DNA of 64,000 nucleotides from Candidatus Heimdallarchaeota archaeon (GTDB lineage Archaea; Asgardarchaeota; Heimdallarchaeia; Heimdallarchaeales; Heimdallarchaeaceae): contig JAUVXV010000004.1 of assembly GCA_030603365.1 (NCBI GenBank), forward strand, positions 128,001-192,000, read 5' to 3'. Made by a program: the position numbers and the translations under genes. This document shows positions 9,592 to 18,513 of this stretch, piece by piece (within the stretch, counting starts at the first letter, position 1; the number at the start of each line of letters is the position of its first letter). A model generated the notes under the pieces. It had not been told where the DNA came from and searched no databases. It saw only the letters and a list, made by a program, of their open reading frames with translations.

Positions 9592-10581
9592 ATGACCATA
9601 TTAGTTACTGGGGCAACAAGTGCTGTGGGTTATTTTATAGCTAAAAGAGTGAGAGAACAGTATCCAAAGACAGAAATTAAAGCTCTCTCTCGCTCAGGGA
9701 AGAAATCAAAAGAGCTAGAAGAGCTAGGAATAAGTATAGTTAAAGGAGATCTTACTGATAGAACTTCTCTTGAAAGAGCTTTGAAAGGAATTGATACAGT
9801 ATATAATGCAGCAGGAGAAGCTCGGGATTATATCCCCTCTAAACTCTATTATCAAGTTAATGTGGATGGAACAAAAAATTTGTTAGAAGCATTTGTTAAG
9901 AATAACGGAAACAGGTTTTTGCATGTTAGTACTGTAGGTATTTATGGATATCAAATAAAAAATCAACCCGTAAAAGAAACCCATCCCAAGAAATCAGATC
10001 ACCCTTATCATAAGACTAAGATGATTGCAGAACAGTTGGTTTTTCAATATGCAAAGGAGCGTGGGTTTTTTGCAACAGCTGTTAGACCCCCCTATATTGT
10101 GGGTCCAAAAGACAGACAGGTTGCACCAAAAATCTTTGACTATCTTTTGAAGGAACGAAAAATCCCGTTAGTAGGAGGAGGAGATGCAGTAGTGTCCTTT
10201 GTTCATCATGATGATGTGGCACAAGCATTAGTTATGTCCGGAGAAGTTGAAGATGCAAACGGGGAAGCTTTCCATGTGATAGGTGGAACATGTACAGCTA
10301 GAGAGTTATTTCAACTAGCAGGGGAAATCACTGGTAAAGAACCTATTTTCCAAGAAATTAGTTTTCCCTTAGCAATTACTGTGGCAATCATAAGTGAAAT
10401 CATGGCTAAGATAAAAGGATCAAAACCCAAGATCTCTCGAAGAAGGGTCAATCAATTTAGCAGAACACGTGTATATAGTACAGATAAAATAAAGGAAATA
10501 GTGGGCTTTGAACCCAAATACGATGTTAAGGCAGCGTTCCAAGATGCATTCAATTGGATGAAAGAACAGAAAATTGTTTAG
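9592..10581 (+). CDS. NAD-dependent epimerase/dehydratase (3-beta-HSD-like extended SDR)
   Basis: ILVTGATSAVG, HVST, YHKTK (YxxxK), FVHHDDVA. Confidence 0.85.
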   Translation: MTILVTGATSAVGYFIAKRVREQYPKTEIKALSRSGKKSKELEELGISIVKGDLTDRTSLERALKGIDTVYNAAGEARDYIPSKLYYQVNVDGTKNLLEAFVKNNGNRFLHVSTVGIYGYQIKNQPVKETHPKKSDHPYHKTKMIAEQLVFQYAKERGFFATAVRPPYIVGPKDRQVAPKIFDYLLKERKIPLVGGGDAVVSFVHHDDVAQALVMSGEVEDANGEAFHVIGGTCTARELFQLAGEITGKEPIFQEISFPLAITVAIISEIMAKIKGSKPKISRRRVNQFSRTRVYSTDKIKEIVGFEPKYDVKAAFQDAFNWMKEQKIV

Positions 10582-10588
10582 TTCCATT

Positions 10589-11332
10589 CTATTTGTTTTC
10601 AAAACCGTATTTTTCTTTTATTTCATATAATATCTTCTTGTTGGATTTTTCTTTATAGCCTTTCTTCATGATAAGATTAAACTTGAATAGATCAAACAAT
10701 CCTTTGAAAAGTCTTTTAGTACCATATTTTGATTTTCCACTTAATCTAGGTCGATGTGATACTTTTGTTTCAGATATCTTAAATCCTCTACTAACGATGA
10801 TGGCTGGTAAATATCTATGTGCTCCTTTAATCAACGAGAGTTCAGAAACAACATCTTTTCGATAAACTCTTAGCATACAATTATTATCGTGAATTTCAAT
10901 TCTGCTAAAGATTTTGTTAAGAATATTATATATTTTTGATAATGATTTCTTAATTGTGGTGTCTTGGCGTTCATGCCTCCACCCACATATCACATCATGA
11001 TCGTCTGTTAATGATGAAAGAAGAAGGGGAATATTACCCGGAAAATCTTGACCATCTCCATCTAGTGTGATAACTAGTTTTCCCTTAATGTGGTTAAATC
11101 CAGCTGTTAGCGCAGCACTTTTTCCAAAGCGACGAGTTAATTGAATTATACGTAAATTATCTTCTTTTGAAAGAAGCTTTAGGAGATTAGGTAAAGTGTT
11201 ATCATTTGATCCATCATCTATGAAGATAGTTTCGAACTCTTGAGATAGTTTAAGCATCACCTCCTTCAGCTCTTTATACAAAGGGATGATATTATCTTCT
11301 TCATTGAAAACCGGAATGATAACTGATAACAT
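10589..11332 (-). CDS. Glycosyltransferase family 2 (ArnC/polyprenol-P-sugar synthase-like)
   Basis: VIIPVFNEE, IDDGSND, FGKSAAL, LDGDGQD, HRPRLSGKSKY. Confidence 0.88.
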   Translation of the reverse strand: MLSVIIPVFNEEDNIIPLYKELKEVMLKLSQEFETIFIDDGSNDNTLPNLLKLLSKEDNLRIIQLTRRFGKSAALTAGFNHIKGKLVITLDGDGQDFPGNIPLLLSSLTDDHDVICGWRHERQDTTIKKSLSKIYNILNKIFSRIEIHDNNCMLRVYRKDVVSELSLIKGAHRYLPAIIVSRGFKISETKVSHRPRLSGKSKYGTKRLFKGLFDLFKFNLIMKKGYKEKSNKKILYEIKEKYGFENK

Positions 11333-11402
11333 AAGGATATAACATTGTGTGTTTATCCAAACAAAAGTTTTTCCAAAGCTCTTTAGAACATAAAAAGAAA
11401 GG

Positions 11403-11509
11403 TGGTGGACCAGTCGGGATATTCATTTAGCTTCCCACAAGAAACTAAAACTTGAACCCGAGGCCTCTTCGGTGCAAGCGAAGCGATCTTCCAACTGATC
11501 TACTGGCCC
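11403..11509 (-). tRNA. tRNA-Ala(TGC) with a 31-nt intron in the T-loop (position 59/60; intron at 11420-11450)
   Basis: Minus strand folds as GGGCCAG...CTTCG-CT TGC AC-CGAAG...TCGGG TTCAAG[intron]T CCCGA CTGGTCC A CCA; perfect bulge-helix-bulge (TTCA/TGAA helix, AGT and TAT bulges). Confidence 0.93.
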
Positions 11510-11641
11510 ACGTTGAACTGTTAGTTTGCTTTCTATTACTTCTTTTTTTAAAGTTTCGATATCGAAATTCTTTTTTGGATGAATATTTCTCATAAAACTG
11601 CATCTTTGTCTCTTTCCTTGATAATAGCGGGGTATTACATT

Positions 11642-11678
11642 TACCGACAAAAATGTGTTCACACAATACCGACAAAAA
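11642..11678 (+). repeat. Direct repeat TACCGACAAAAA x2, 25-bp period
   Basis: Copies at 11642-11653 and 11667-11678, separated by near-palindromic TGTGTTCACACA. Confidence 0.7.
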
Positions 11679-11718
11679 AGGTAAAATCGACGACTAAATT
11701 TATTTTGGCGTGAAACAG

Positions 11719-11744
11719 CCCCTCCCCATAGTTTCCAATGGAAA
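11719..11744 (-). promoter_or_regulatory. ORB-like element (candidate Orc1/Cdc6 binding site) with G-string
   Basis: Minus strand TTTCCATTGGAAACTATGGGGAGGGG resembles the archaeal ORB consensus TTCCAnTGGAAA...GGGG. Confidence 0.6.
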
Positions 11745-11820
11745 TTGTGGTTCCTTGTTGTTTCCGCCTCTCTCTTACGTAAATAGCAAATATACAAACT
11801 ATTTTCATGTATCTATTAGA

Positions 11821-11833
11821 TTTCCATTGGAAA
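11821..11833 (+). promoter_or_regulatory. Second ORB-like core, inverted relative to the first
   Basis: TTTCCATTGGAAA, identical 13-mer core. Confidence 0.5.
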
Positions 11834-11915
11834 AGTAAAGCGTTAAGTAAATATATTAGATGATTTTAAAAGTAAATATTATCTCAGTATAAATAGCAAA
11901 AACTGCAAGAAAGAA

Positions 11916-12236
11916 GTGATGATGATGGTAACAATCAGCGAAGCACAGAGAAAATTGCTCGAACTCATTAATAGTAGGAACAGTGTAAAACAATTAGATG
12001 TAATGAATATTCCAAAAACTCCTAGTAGAATAATGGGCGAAAAAATGTTGAATGCTTTCGCCACTCAAATATTGGATGATTGTGAAGGATTAGAATGTGA
12101 TCCAACTATTGAAGATGAATTAATTGAAAGTTTACTTAGTACACTAGCATTAGCAGGTGTAGTAGGAATAGATTTAGAAAGAAAGTTAGTAGAAATACTA
12201 GGTTTAATGGAAATAGTTACCGCTGATAGTTCATAA
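11916..12236 (+). CDS. Small helical protein, degenerate MazG-like fold
   Basis: TISEAQ N-terminus and EDELIESLLSTLALAGVVGIDLE resemble the MazG EELAD...LANxxGIDLE signature. Confidence 0.6.
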   Translation: MMMMVTISEAQRKLLELINSRNSVKQLDVMNIPKTPSRIMGEKMLNAFATQILDDCEGLECDPTIEDELIESLLSTLALAGVVGIDLERKLVEILGLMEIVTADSS

Positions 12237-12336
12237 GAATAATAGGCAAGGTCTCTGTCGGTGGGAGGGATTCCTTATCATTCTACTAAAATGAATAAAG
12301 GGAAACTCAAAATAAGCGATTTTTAAGATTGGTTTG

Positions 12337-12402
12337 ATAATTGACTCAAAACAAAGAATGGTTCAGTTAAAACCATATAATCTTTAGTGGGAGGAACTAT
12401 TC
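12337..12402 (+). pseudogene. 5' remnant of a GrpB-family gene
   Basis: Reads IIDSKQRMVQLKPYNL*WEELF, matching the N-terminus of intact GrpB at 13465 (MIGLKRGIVELKPYNPQWNAFY). Confidence 0.6.
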
Positions 12403-12468
12403 ACATTGTTGTTATACAATCAAACGTTATATATTATTTAGATCTGATTCATTGACAATTTAATGCTT

Positions 12469-13341
12469 CTAAGCTATTGATAGGCAATATACTGCAGAAT
12501 GACTTGCGGTATCTATAAATCTAATATGAAAATCATTGTCCTTTATTATTTCCTTCAACTTATCAGGATTAATGAAATTTCTTGTATTTCTATAAATCTC
12601 TCTTTCTTTTAATTCGTATTCTCGAGTTAGTCGGTTATATGTAGAATATGTGATTGCTTGCATTCCATAGTCCTTCTTAACTGCTGGAAAAAGGTAATGT
12701 TCGCCAGCGATAATATCATTACTTGGTTCTATTAGTAATTCTCCGCTGTAATCTCCTTTTAGATTTTTCGAATTGAATTTGTTATCAGTTGCTTTTGGTT
12801 TATAAGTTGAAAAAATCAATAATCCATTAGGATTCAATTGTCTCCTAGTAGCTGAGAAAAACTCTTTCAACATTGAAATAGGAAAACTTGGAAATGTATT
12901 CATTGGTAGAACTATAACATCAAACTGCCTTTGATACATGTTGTTGTTTTTTAAGAAATCATCAAAAAGGATATTACAATTCTCTAGCAATAAATTCTCT
13001 TTTGAATAAGCTTGGACGTATTTCTTACAATGTTTACAGATCTCTATTCCAAATAATTGTGCCTTTTTGGTTTGATTCTCGTTTTCTATTGCAATCTTGT
13101 TTAGAACTCTTCCATAAGCTGTACCAATCTCTAATATTGTTGTTGGATTGCTATCAAATATGAATTGAATCTCAGGATCATATCTATTAGCATGATTCTT
13201 CCTTCTTCTCCAAAAAACATCAGCCCAAAAACATGAAGAATGTAAATCGTTCCTTATATTTGATATTGATTCATTTGCCATTAAGAATCCAGAGTCATGT
13301 AGTTTCTGTAATTCAGATTCGATTTCCTGCTTGGAAAGCAT
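12469..13341 (-). CDS. Class I SAM-dependent methyltransferase
   Basis: ILEIGTAYGR motif I, FDVIV, LNPNGLLIF. Confidence 0.8.
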   Translation of the reverse strand: MLSKQEIESELQKLHDSGFLMANESISNIRNDLHSSCFWADVFWRRRKNHANRYDPEIQFIFDSNPTTILEIGTAYGRVLNKIAIENENQTKKAQLFGIEICKHCKKYVQAYSKENLLLENCNILFDDFLKNNNMYQRQFDVIVLPMNTFPSFPISMLKEFFSATRRQLNPNGLLIFSTYKPKATDNKFNSKNLKGDYSGELLIEPSNDIIAGEHYLFPAVKKDYGMQAITYSTYNRLTREYELKEREIYRNTRNFINPDKLKEIIKDNDFHIRFIDTASHSAVYCLSIA

Positions 13342-13464
13342 AAGATTCTACTGTTTATGATACTATATTAATTCATCTTATCTGAAACCCCGTTTTGAAA
13401 TGTTTCGATTTTTGAAGGCAAAAGATAGAAATATAAACACAACTAGGTCTCCTATTTTGATAAT

Positions 13465-13989
13465 ATGATTGGTTTAAAGCGGGGGATAGTGGAATTAAAA
13501 CCATACAATCCTCAATGGAATGCATTCTATATTCAAGAAGAAGAGCTAATATCCTCAGTGATAACTGATTTCCTAATTGAGATTCAACATATTGGAAGTA
13601 CTGCTATTCCAGATATTGTGGCTAAACCAATAATAGATATCGCGGTTGCGATTGATTCCCTCAGGAACATTGAGAAAATCATAGCTCCTTTGGAAGGAGT
13701 AGGTTATATTTATCGAGGGGAACAAGGGATTCCAGATAGGCATTTGTTTGTTAAAGGTGGAGAGGATTTTAGAACTCATCATCTTCATGTTATGGACAAA
13801 ACCCATTACGAATGGAAGAAGCACATTGTTTTCAGAGATTATTTAAGAAACCATCCTGAAGAAGCAAAACGGTATTCGGAACTGAAAATGAAATTAGCAA
13901 AAGAGTTTGAAAACGATAGAGAGTCCTATACTGAAAACAAATCAACGTTTATACAAAACATTCTAGAACAAGTACTGAAGAACCAATAA
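13465..13989 (+). CDS. GrpB family protein (UPF0157 nucleotidyltransferase-like)
   Basis: HIGSTAIP, AKPIIDI, THHLH, FRDYLR, Y-x-x-LK, YTENK. Confidence 0.9.
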   Translation: MIGLKRGIVELKPYNPQWNAFYIQEEELISSVITDFLIEIQHIGSTAIPDIVAKPIIDIAVAIDSLRNIEKIIAPLEGVGYIYRGEQGIPDRHLFVKGGEDFRTHHLHVMDKTHYEWKKHIVFRDYLRNHPEEAKRYSELKMKLAKEFENDRESYTENKSTFIQNILEQVLKNQ

Positions 13990-14007
13990 ACTCCACAATA
14001 AGTCTGT

Positions 14008-14340
14008 TTAATAGAGTTTTCCACCTAAAGGTACATCAGTATCTGGACTAATTAAGATGCAATCGCCTGACTCATCTGGTACTCCCACAACTAGCACTTC
14101 TGATTTTGAGGGACCAATTTGGCGTGGAGGAAAATTAACAACGGCCATAACATACTTGTCTTTTAACTCATCTTTATTGTAATTGGATACTAATTGTGCA
14201 ATAGATTTCTTTAAACCTATATTTTCTCCAAAATCTACAACCAATTTGTAAGAAGGTTTACGTGCAGCGGGATAATCATCAACACTAACAATTCTCCCAA
14301 CTCTAATTTCGACCTTTTCAAAATCAGCAAAAGTAATCAT
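14008..14340 (-). CDS. csaA: CsaA-like OB-fold chaperone / tRNA-binding protein
   Basis: DFEKVEIRVG, ARKPSYKL, VVNFPPRQIG, SEVLV. Confidence 0.85.
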   Translation of the reverse strand: MITFADFEKVEIRVGRIVSVDDYPAARKPSYKLVVDFGENIGLKKSIAQLVSNYNKDELKDKYVMAVVNFPPRQIGPSKSEVLVVGVPDESGDCILISPDTDVPLGGKLY

Positions 14341-14373
14341 GATGAAATATATTTCAGATAAGATAATATAAAT

Positions 14374-14910
14374 TTAACTTGAGTTCTTCCTGTCAAATAA
14401 TCTCTTGAGAAGGAGTATCTGACCTATATGCAATACCTCGTGTTCAATAATATGAAAGAGAATCCATTCAATAGTATACTTTTCAGTATCAGAACCAACA
14501 GTTTTTTCCAGTTCTTCATCCTTTAATTCAAGTAATCGGTGATAAACCTGAGTTCGTACTTCTGTTAGCTTTTCAATATAGAATTGCTTAGTTTTACCCT
14601 CAATTTGTGGAATATTTACTTCTGGTCTTAAAGCAAAAGCATGCTTAAATTCCTCAAAATCCATTTCTAGACCATCAATATCCTCAAAAATCCAGCTCCA
14701 TTCAATGGCAGCAATATGTAGTAGAAGTGTTCCAATAGTCTCAATATTCTTCTCATTTGGTGTATAATCAAAAGTTTCTTCTTCTAGATTCTCAACAATT
14801 AATAGTAGTCTTCTTCTTACACTTTCCATCATAGAATACCAATAAGAAACCTTGGTGGGAAGTTCAGTTGATCTCTCCAACCTTGTAGCCTTTATTTCAC
14901 CATTACTCAT
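14374..14910 (-). CDS. DinB/DUF664 family protein
   Basis: TIGTLLLHIA and WILFHIIEHEVLHIGQI histidine motifs. Confidence 0.85.
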   Translation of the reverse strand: MSNGEIKATRLERSTELPTKVSYWYSMMESVRRRLLLIVENLEEETFDYTPNEKNIETIGTLLLHIAAIEWSWIFEDIDGLEMDFEEFKHAFALRPEVNIPQIEGKTKQFYIEKLTEVRTQVYHRLLELKDEELEKTVGSDTEKYTIEWILFHIIEHEVLHIGQILLLKRLFDRKNSS

Positions 14911-14970
14911 AAGTTATCATCATGGAACTTATTATTATGATTTATTAATGAACAAATTTGAAAAAGTTAA

Positions 14971-15045
14971 TGGAGCCTCGGGGGGGATTTGAACCCCCGG
15001 CTAATTGATTACAAGTCAATCACTCTACCTCTGAGTTACCGAGGC
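14971..15045 (-). tRNA. tRNA-Thr(TGT)
   Basis: GCCTCGG...ATTGA-CT TGT AA-TCAAT...GGGGG TTCAAAT CCCCC CCGAGGC T CCA cloverleaf. Confidence 0.95.
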
Positions 15046-15120
15046 TGCTTTCAGCAAAGAGTTTTCAGCATAGTCCTATAAAAAATATTTTGATAGTCAC
15101 TACATTATTTTTCATACGTA

Positions 15121-15792
15121 TTAATCCCTTAGAAATATCTTATCTTCAGTTTTAATCCTTCCAACGCTTAAGTATGGTTTTACTGAAACAATTTGGATAT
15201 CATCTACAGACATCTCACCTATATTCACTTCTCTATACCTTTGTTCAACCTGATCTATCACTTCTTTTGCTTCTTCTGAAGTTATTCTAGCAATAGAAAT
15301 ATGGGGTATATATTCAGGAAAACGTTTTTCTAGAAACGAAAATTCTTCTAACATCCTATTGTAAATACTCCGTAGAACTCGGTTTTTATCAAAAACCTGA
15401 GCATAAATTATTCTTTCAAAACAGTTTAACCCCTTAATCTCCAAATTAAAGGGTGAGAAATCAAGAAGAATATCTTCCATTTTTTGTTTAATTTTGTTAT
15501 AATCAACTTGATCTTTCCAGCCAAATTCACTTAGAGTAATGTGAAAATAGATTGGGTGAAAAAATTCGTGTCTTGAATCAATTCTCTCAATATCTGCTTG
15601 TATATCCTGAATTTTCTTCCAAAGACTAGAATCAACCTTAACAATACTAGCAAGGAATGGTGGATTGGTTCTTTCATTCACCTTCTTACCAAGCCATACA
15701 TAGTTTTTATCCATAGGGGAGATTAAACCCTCTCTAATAATTCTACTATATTTGTTCCAATTCCTTTTATAACCATCAATCTGTTGTTTCAT
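15121..15792 (-). CDS. 2H phosphoesterase (2'-5' RNA ligase family)
   Basis: Two HxT/S motifs: FHITL and PHISI. Confidence 0.85.
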   Translation of the reverse strand: MKQQIDGYKRNWNKYSRIIREGLISPMDKNYVWLGKKVNERTNPPFLASIVKVDSSLWKKIQDIQADIERIDSRHEFFHPIYFHITLSEFGWKDQVDYNKIKQKMEDILLDFSPFNLEIKGLNCFERIIYAQVFDKNRVLRSIYNRMLEEFSFLEKRFPEYIPHISIARITSEEAKEVIDQVEQRYREVNIGEMSVDDIQIVSVKPYLSVGRIKTEDKIFLRD

Positions 15793-16163
15793 ATAGATTT
15801 ACCTTGAAATGATTGATATAGCATTGGCACAACTCTTCTTAAGAATGTTGCTGAAGAAAGATTTTCTGTTTTTTTGATTAGAAAACAACATATTCTTCTT
15901 CTGGTAACTGTTTTTCATTAAAAGGCAGGATACCAATTTGTATCAGCAACTCTTCTATTGTTGAAAAAACTATCAACTTCAAGTTTAATTTTTTTCCCAT
16001 CACAGGTTTGTCCGGAAAACAGTGATTGGATTTATGCAATAGATCATCACAAAATTAACAATTTGGTTTACGAAGCACTAGAAAAAAGTAACTAGTAAAA
16101 TAAGAGAATAGAAAAAAAGGTTTAAAAAGAAAAAGAAAGAAGAACGATTGCCGTTATTATATT

Positions 16164-16271
16164 GCCACCCTAGCTCAGTTGGTAGAGCCATCGGCTGTTA
16201 AGACAGTATGGAGCTTCCATTCGGTTACATAAACCGATAGGTCGCAGGTTCGAGTCCTGCGGGTGGCGCCA
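16164..16271 (+). tRNA. tRNA-Asn(GTT) with a 32-nt intron at 37/38 (16201-16232)
   Basis: GCCACCC...ATCGG-CT GTT A[intron]A-CCGAT...GCAGG TTCGAGT CCTGC GGGTGGC G CCA. Confidence 0.93.
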
Positions 16272-16289
16272 TAATTCTTCTCTCTGTTT

Positions 16290-17582
16290 TCAGCTATTTG
16301 CTATCGATTTTAAAGCTTGAAGGAATATTTTTACTTCTTCGAGAGTGTTATAATGAACCAAACTAATTCGGTTAATATTTGGTTTGTTATATACATCTTG
16401 AGCATAGGAATAATAATTACCTGCACGGGCAGCTATCCCTCCTTCTTTCCACAAACGAGCTACAATCACATCCTCAGGTACGTTAGCTACTTCGAAAGAA
16501 AATGTTGGATCTCTCTCACTCAATCTCTTTAGATCAGTTAGACCGTAAACTTTCACCTTGGGCATATCTAGTAAACCAGGTATATCATCAAATCCAGCAA
16601 GTATTGCTCTAGAAAATTCCATTTCATATTTTTCTATTGCATCCATTGCAATCTTTAGAGAGCGTTTATTTTCATCATATTCGGTATATTTTCCTTCGTA
16701 GTTGGTTTGAACTTCACCAGATATCCAATGAAAATGCTCAATTACACCTTTGATAGCTGCAAACATTGCTTGATTTCTAGTTCCCCATTCAAACTTCCCA
16801 GGAGGATCATTAGTTGAAGGCTTCACTTTGAAGGGTTTAAGAGCATCTAGATGTTCCTTTTTACCATAAAGATAACTTCCATGAGAACTAAAAAGTTTGT
16901 AACCTGAAAATACTAGAAAATCACAATCTAAAGCTTGAACATCGGTTTGACCATGTGCAATGTGATGCACAGCATCTACTATGAAGTAAGCTCCAACTTC
17001 TTTTGCCATTTTTCCAATTTCTTCTAACGGTGTTTTTGTTCCAAGCATGTTCGAAGCAGATGTTACTGTTACAACCTTTGTGTTAGAATCTATTATTTCT
17101 TGTAGATGTTTCATATCAAGAGTGCCTTCTTCCATGTTCAACTTCGCATATCGAATTTGTTGGATTCTTCCACGTTCTTCCAATTCAACCCAAGGGCTTA
17201 TGTTTGTATAGTGCTCATAATCGGTAGTTACAACATTTTCGGAACCCGAAAGCTCTTTTCCGATAGCATAACTTAAGTTAAAGAACAAAGATGTCGCTGA
17301 TTCACCTGAAACGATGGTTGACGGAGAAGGAGCATTTAGAAAATCAGCTACTGCTTCTCTCCCTTCCTGAATAACAACTTCAGCTTGTTTAGATTCGTCA
17401 AAGATAGCACCTACATTTGCACTACAATTTATACGGGCTTCAGCTTCAGCTTCTGCTGCTTTATCTACAACAAGCGTTGCTGTACCATTATCAAAAAAAG
17501 CACGTTTTCGACCATTGAAATCAGTAACTGCTCTAGGAAAGGCAGCCCTAATCTGATCTATTAATTCTTGATTGAACATCAT
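16290..17582 (-). CDS. Cysteine desulfurase-like class V PLP enzyme (catalytic Cys absent)
   Basis: FFDNG, DAVH, FSGYK (PLP Lys), FEWGT; RAGNYY where desulfurases have RxGHHC. Confidence 0.85.
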   Translation of the reverse strand: MMFNQELIDQIRAAFPRAVTDFNGRKRAFFDNGTATLVVDKAAEAEAEARINCSANVGAIFDESKQAEVVIQEGREAVADFLNAPSPSTIVSGESATSLFFNLSYAIGKELSGSENVVTTDYEHYTNISPWVELEERGRIQQIRYAKLNMEEGTLDMKHLQEIIDSNTKVVTVTSASNMLGTKTPLEEIGKMAKEVGAYFIVDAVHHIAHGQTDVQALDCDFLVFSGYKLFSSHGSYLYGKKEHLDALKPFKVKPSTNDPPGKFEWGTRNQAMFAAIKGVIEHFHWISGEVQTNYEGKYTEYDENKRSLKIAMDAIEKYEMEFSRAILAGFDDIPGLLDMPKVKVYGLTDLKRLSERDPTFSFEVANVPEDVIVARLWKEGGIAARAGNYYSYAQDVYNKPNINRISLVHYNTLEEVKIFLQALKSIANS

Positions 17583-17608
17583 ATGATAGTTTTTGAATCA
17601 TAATTAGA

Positions 17609-18457
17609 TTAAAAGTTTCTGACATAATCACTTAATTGTCCTAAAAACTCTAATCTTTCATCTGGTTTGATATCTCCTCTGGATAAATCAAGTATTACTC
17701 TATGAATTCCATTTTCTTTATATTCATTAATCAGCAGTTCTAAATCTGTATCTCTATAAACATCAACATGAACTGATAAATAGAAATCTCTATCTTTTAG
17801 CCTATTTTGATAAGGCTCAATTATTTGTTTGATTTCCTGCCCACTTGCGCCTGCTGGATGTAATCCATCACCATATTCTATTGCTGTTTCTACCATATAG
17901 TCAGACGTCCCTGCCACAATTAAGGGTAATTCAGAAAGCTCAGGTCTTAATGGTTTAAAGCTTACATTTTGAAACTGATAATATTCTCCTTCAAATGAAG
18001 TTTCACCATTCCATAAGGCTCTAATGATTTGAAGACTCTCACGAAGTTTGCTACCACGTTTCTTGAAATTTTCTCCAAGAAAACCAAATTCAGTTTCATT
18101 CCACCCAGCACCGAATGTCATCACAATTCTTCCATCAGTTAAGTAATCTAAAGTGGCTAGTTGTTTAGCTACGATGATGGGATTTCTTATTGGAAGAACA
18201 AGAGTAGATACTCCAAACTTAATTTTCTTGGTATGTCCTGCAAGAAAAGCTATCGTTGTTAAAGGTTCAGCAATATTATTGTAGAGTGCGGTAGTTGTGT
18301 CACCATAAATCGTTAATCCTTTCTCATCAGATTGCATGATATGATCAACCATCCAAAGAGATTCAAAACCTGCTTGTTCTGCTACTCTTGCGGTTTCAAT
18401 CAAAAAATCTCTTTTTAAGTTAGCATCAAAATTTTCTAATGTATATCCAAATTTCAT
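17609..18457 (-). CDS. LLM-class (luciferase-like) flavin/F420-dependent oxidoreductase
   Basis: AEQAGFESLWMVDH, LPIRNPIIVAKQLATLD, GAGWNETEF. Confidence 0.88.
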   Translation of the reverse strand: MKFGYTLENFDANLKRDFLIETARVAEQAGFESLWMVDHIMQSDEKGLTIYGDTTTALYNNIAEPLTTIAFLAGHTKKIKFGVSTLVLPIRNPIIVAKQLATLDYLTDGRIVMTFGAGWNETEFGFLGENFKKRGSKLRESLQIIRALWNGETSFEGEYYQFQNVSFKPLRPELSELPLIVAGTSDYMVETAIEYGDGLHPAGASGQEIKQIIEPYQNRLKDRDFYLSVHVDVYRDTDLELLINEYKENGIHRVILDLSRGDIKPDERLEFLGQLSDYVRNF

Positions 18458-18513
18458 TTCAAGTCACTTAATCCATTATCTTAAGATGTTTTTACATCTA
18501 GATGAGATTACCT

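Noticed and set aside
11423-11797. ORF-track ORFs of 124 and 76 aa
   Set aside because: They overlap tRNA-Ala and the ORB-like region, with non-protein-like composition
16290-17582. Cysteine desulfurase lacking the catalytic Cys
   Set aside because: A Cys-less desulfurase-like subfamily is already recognised; not novel
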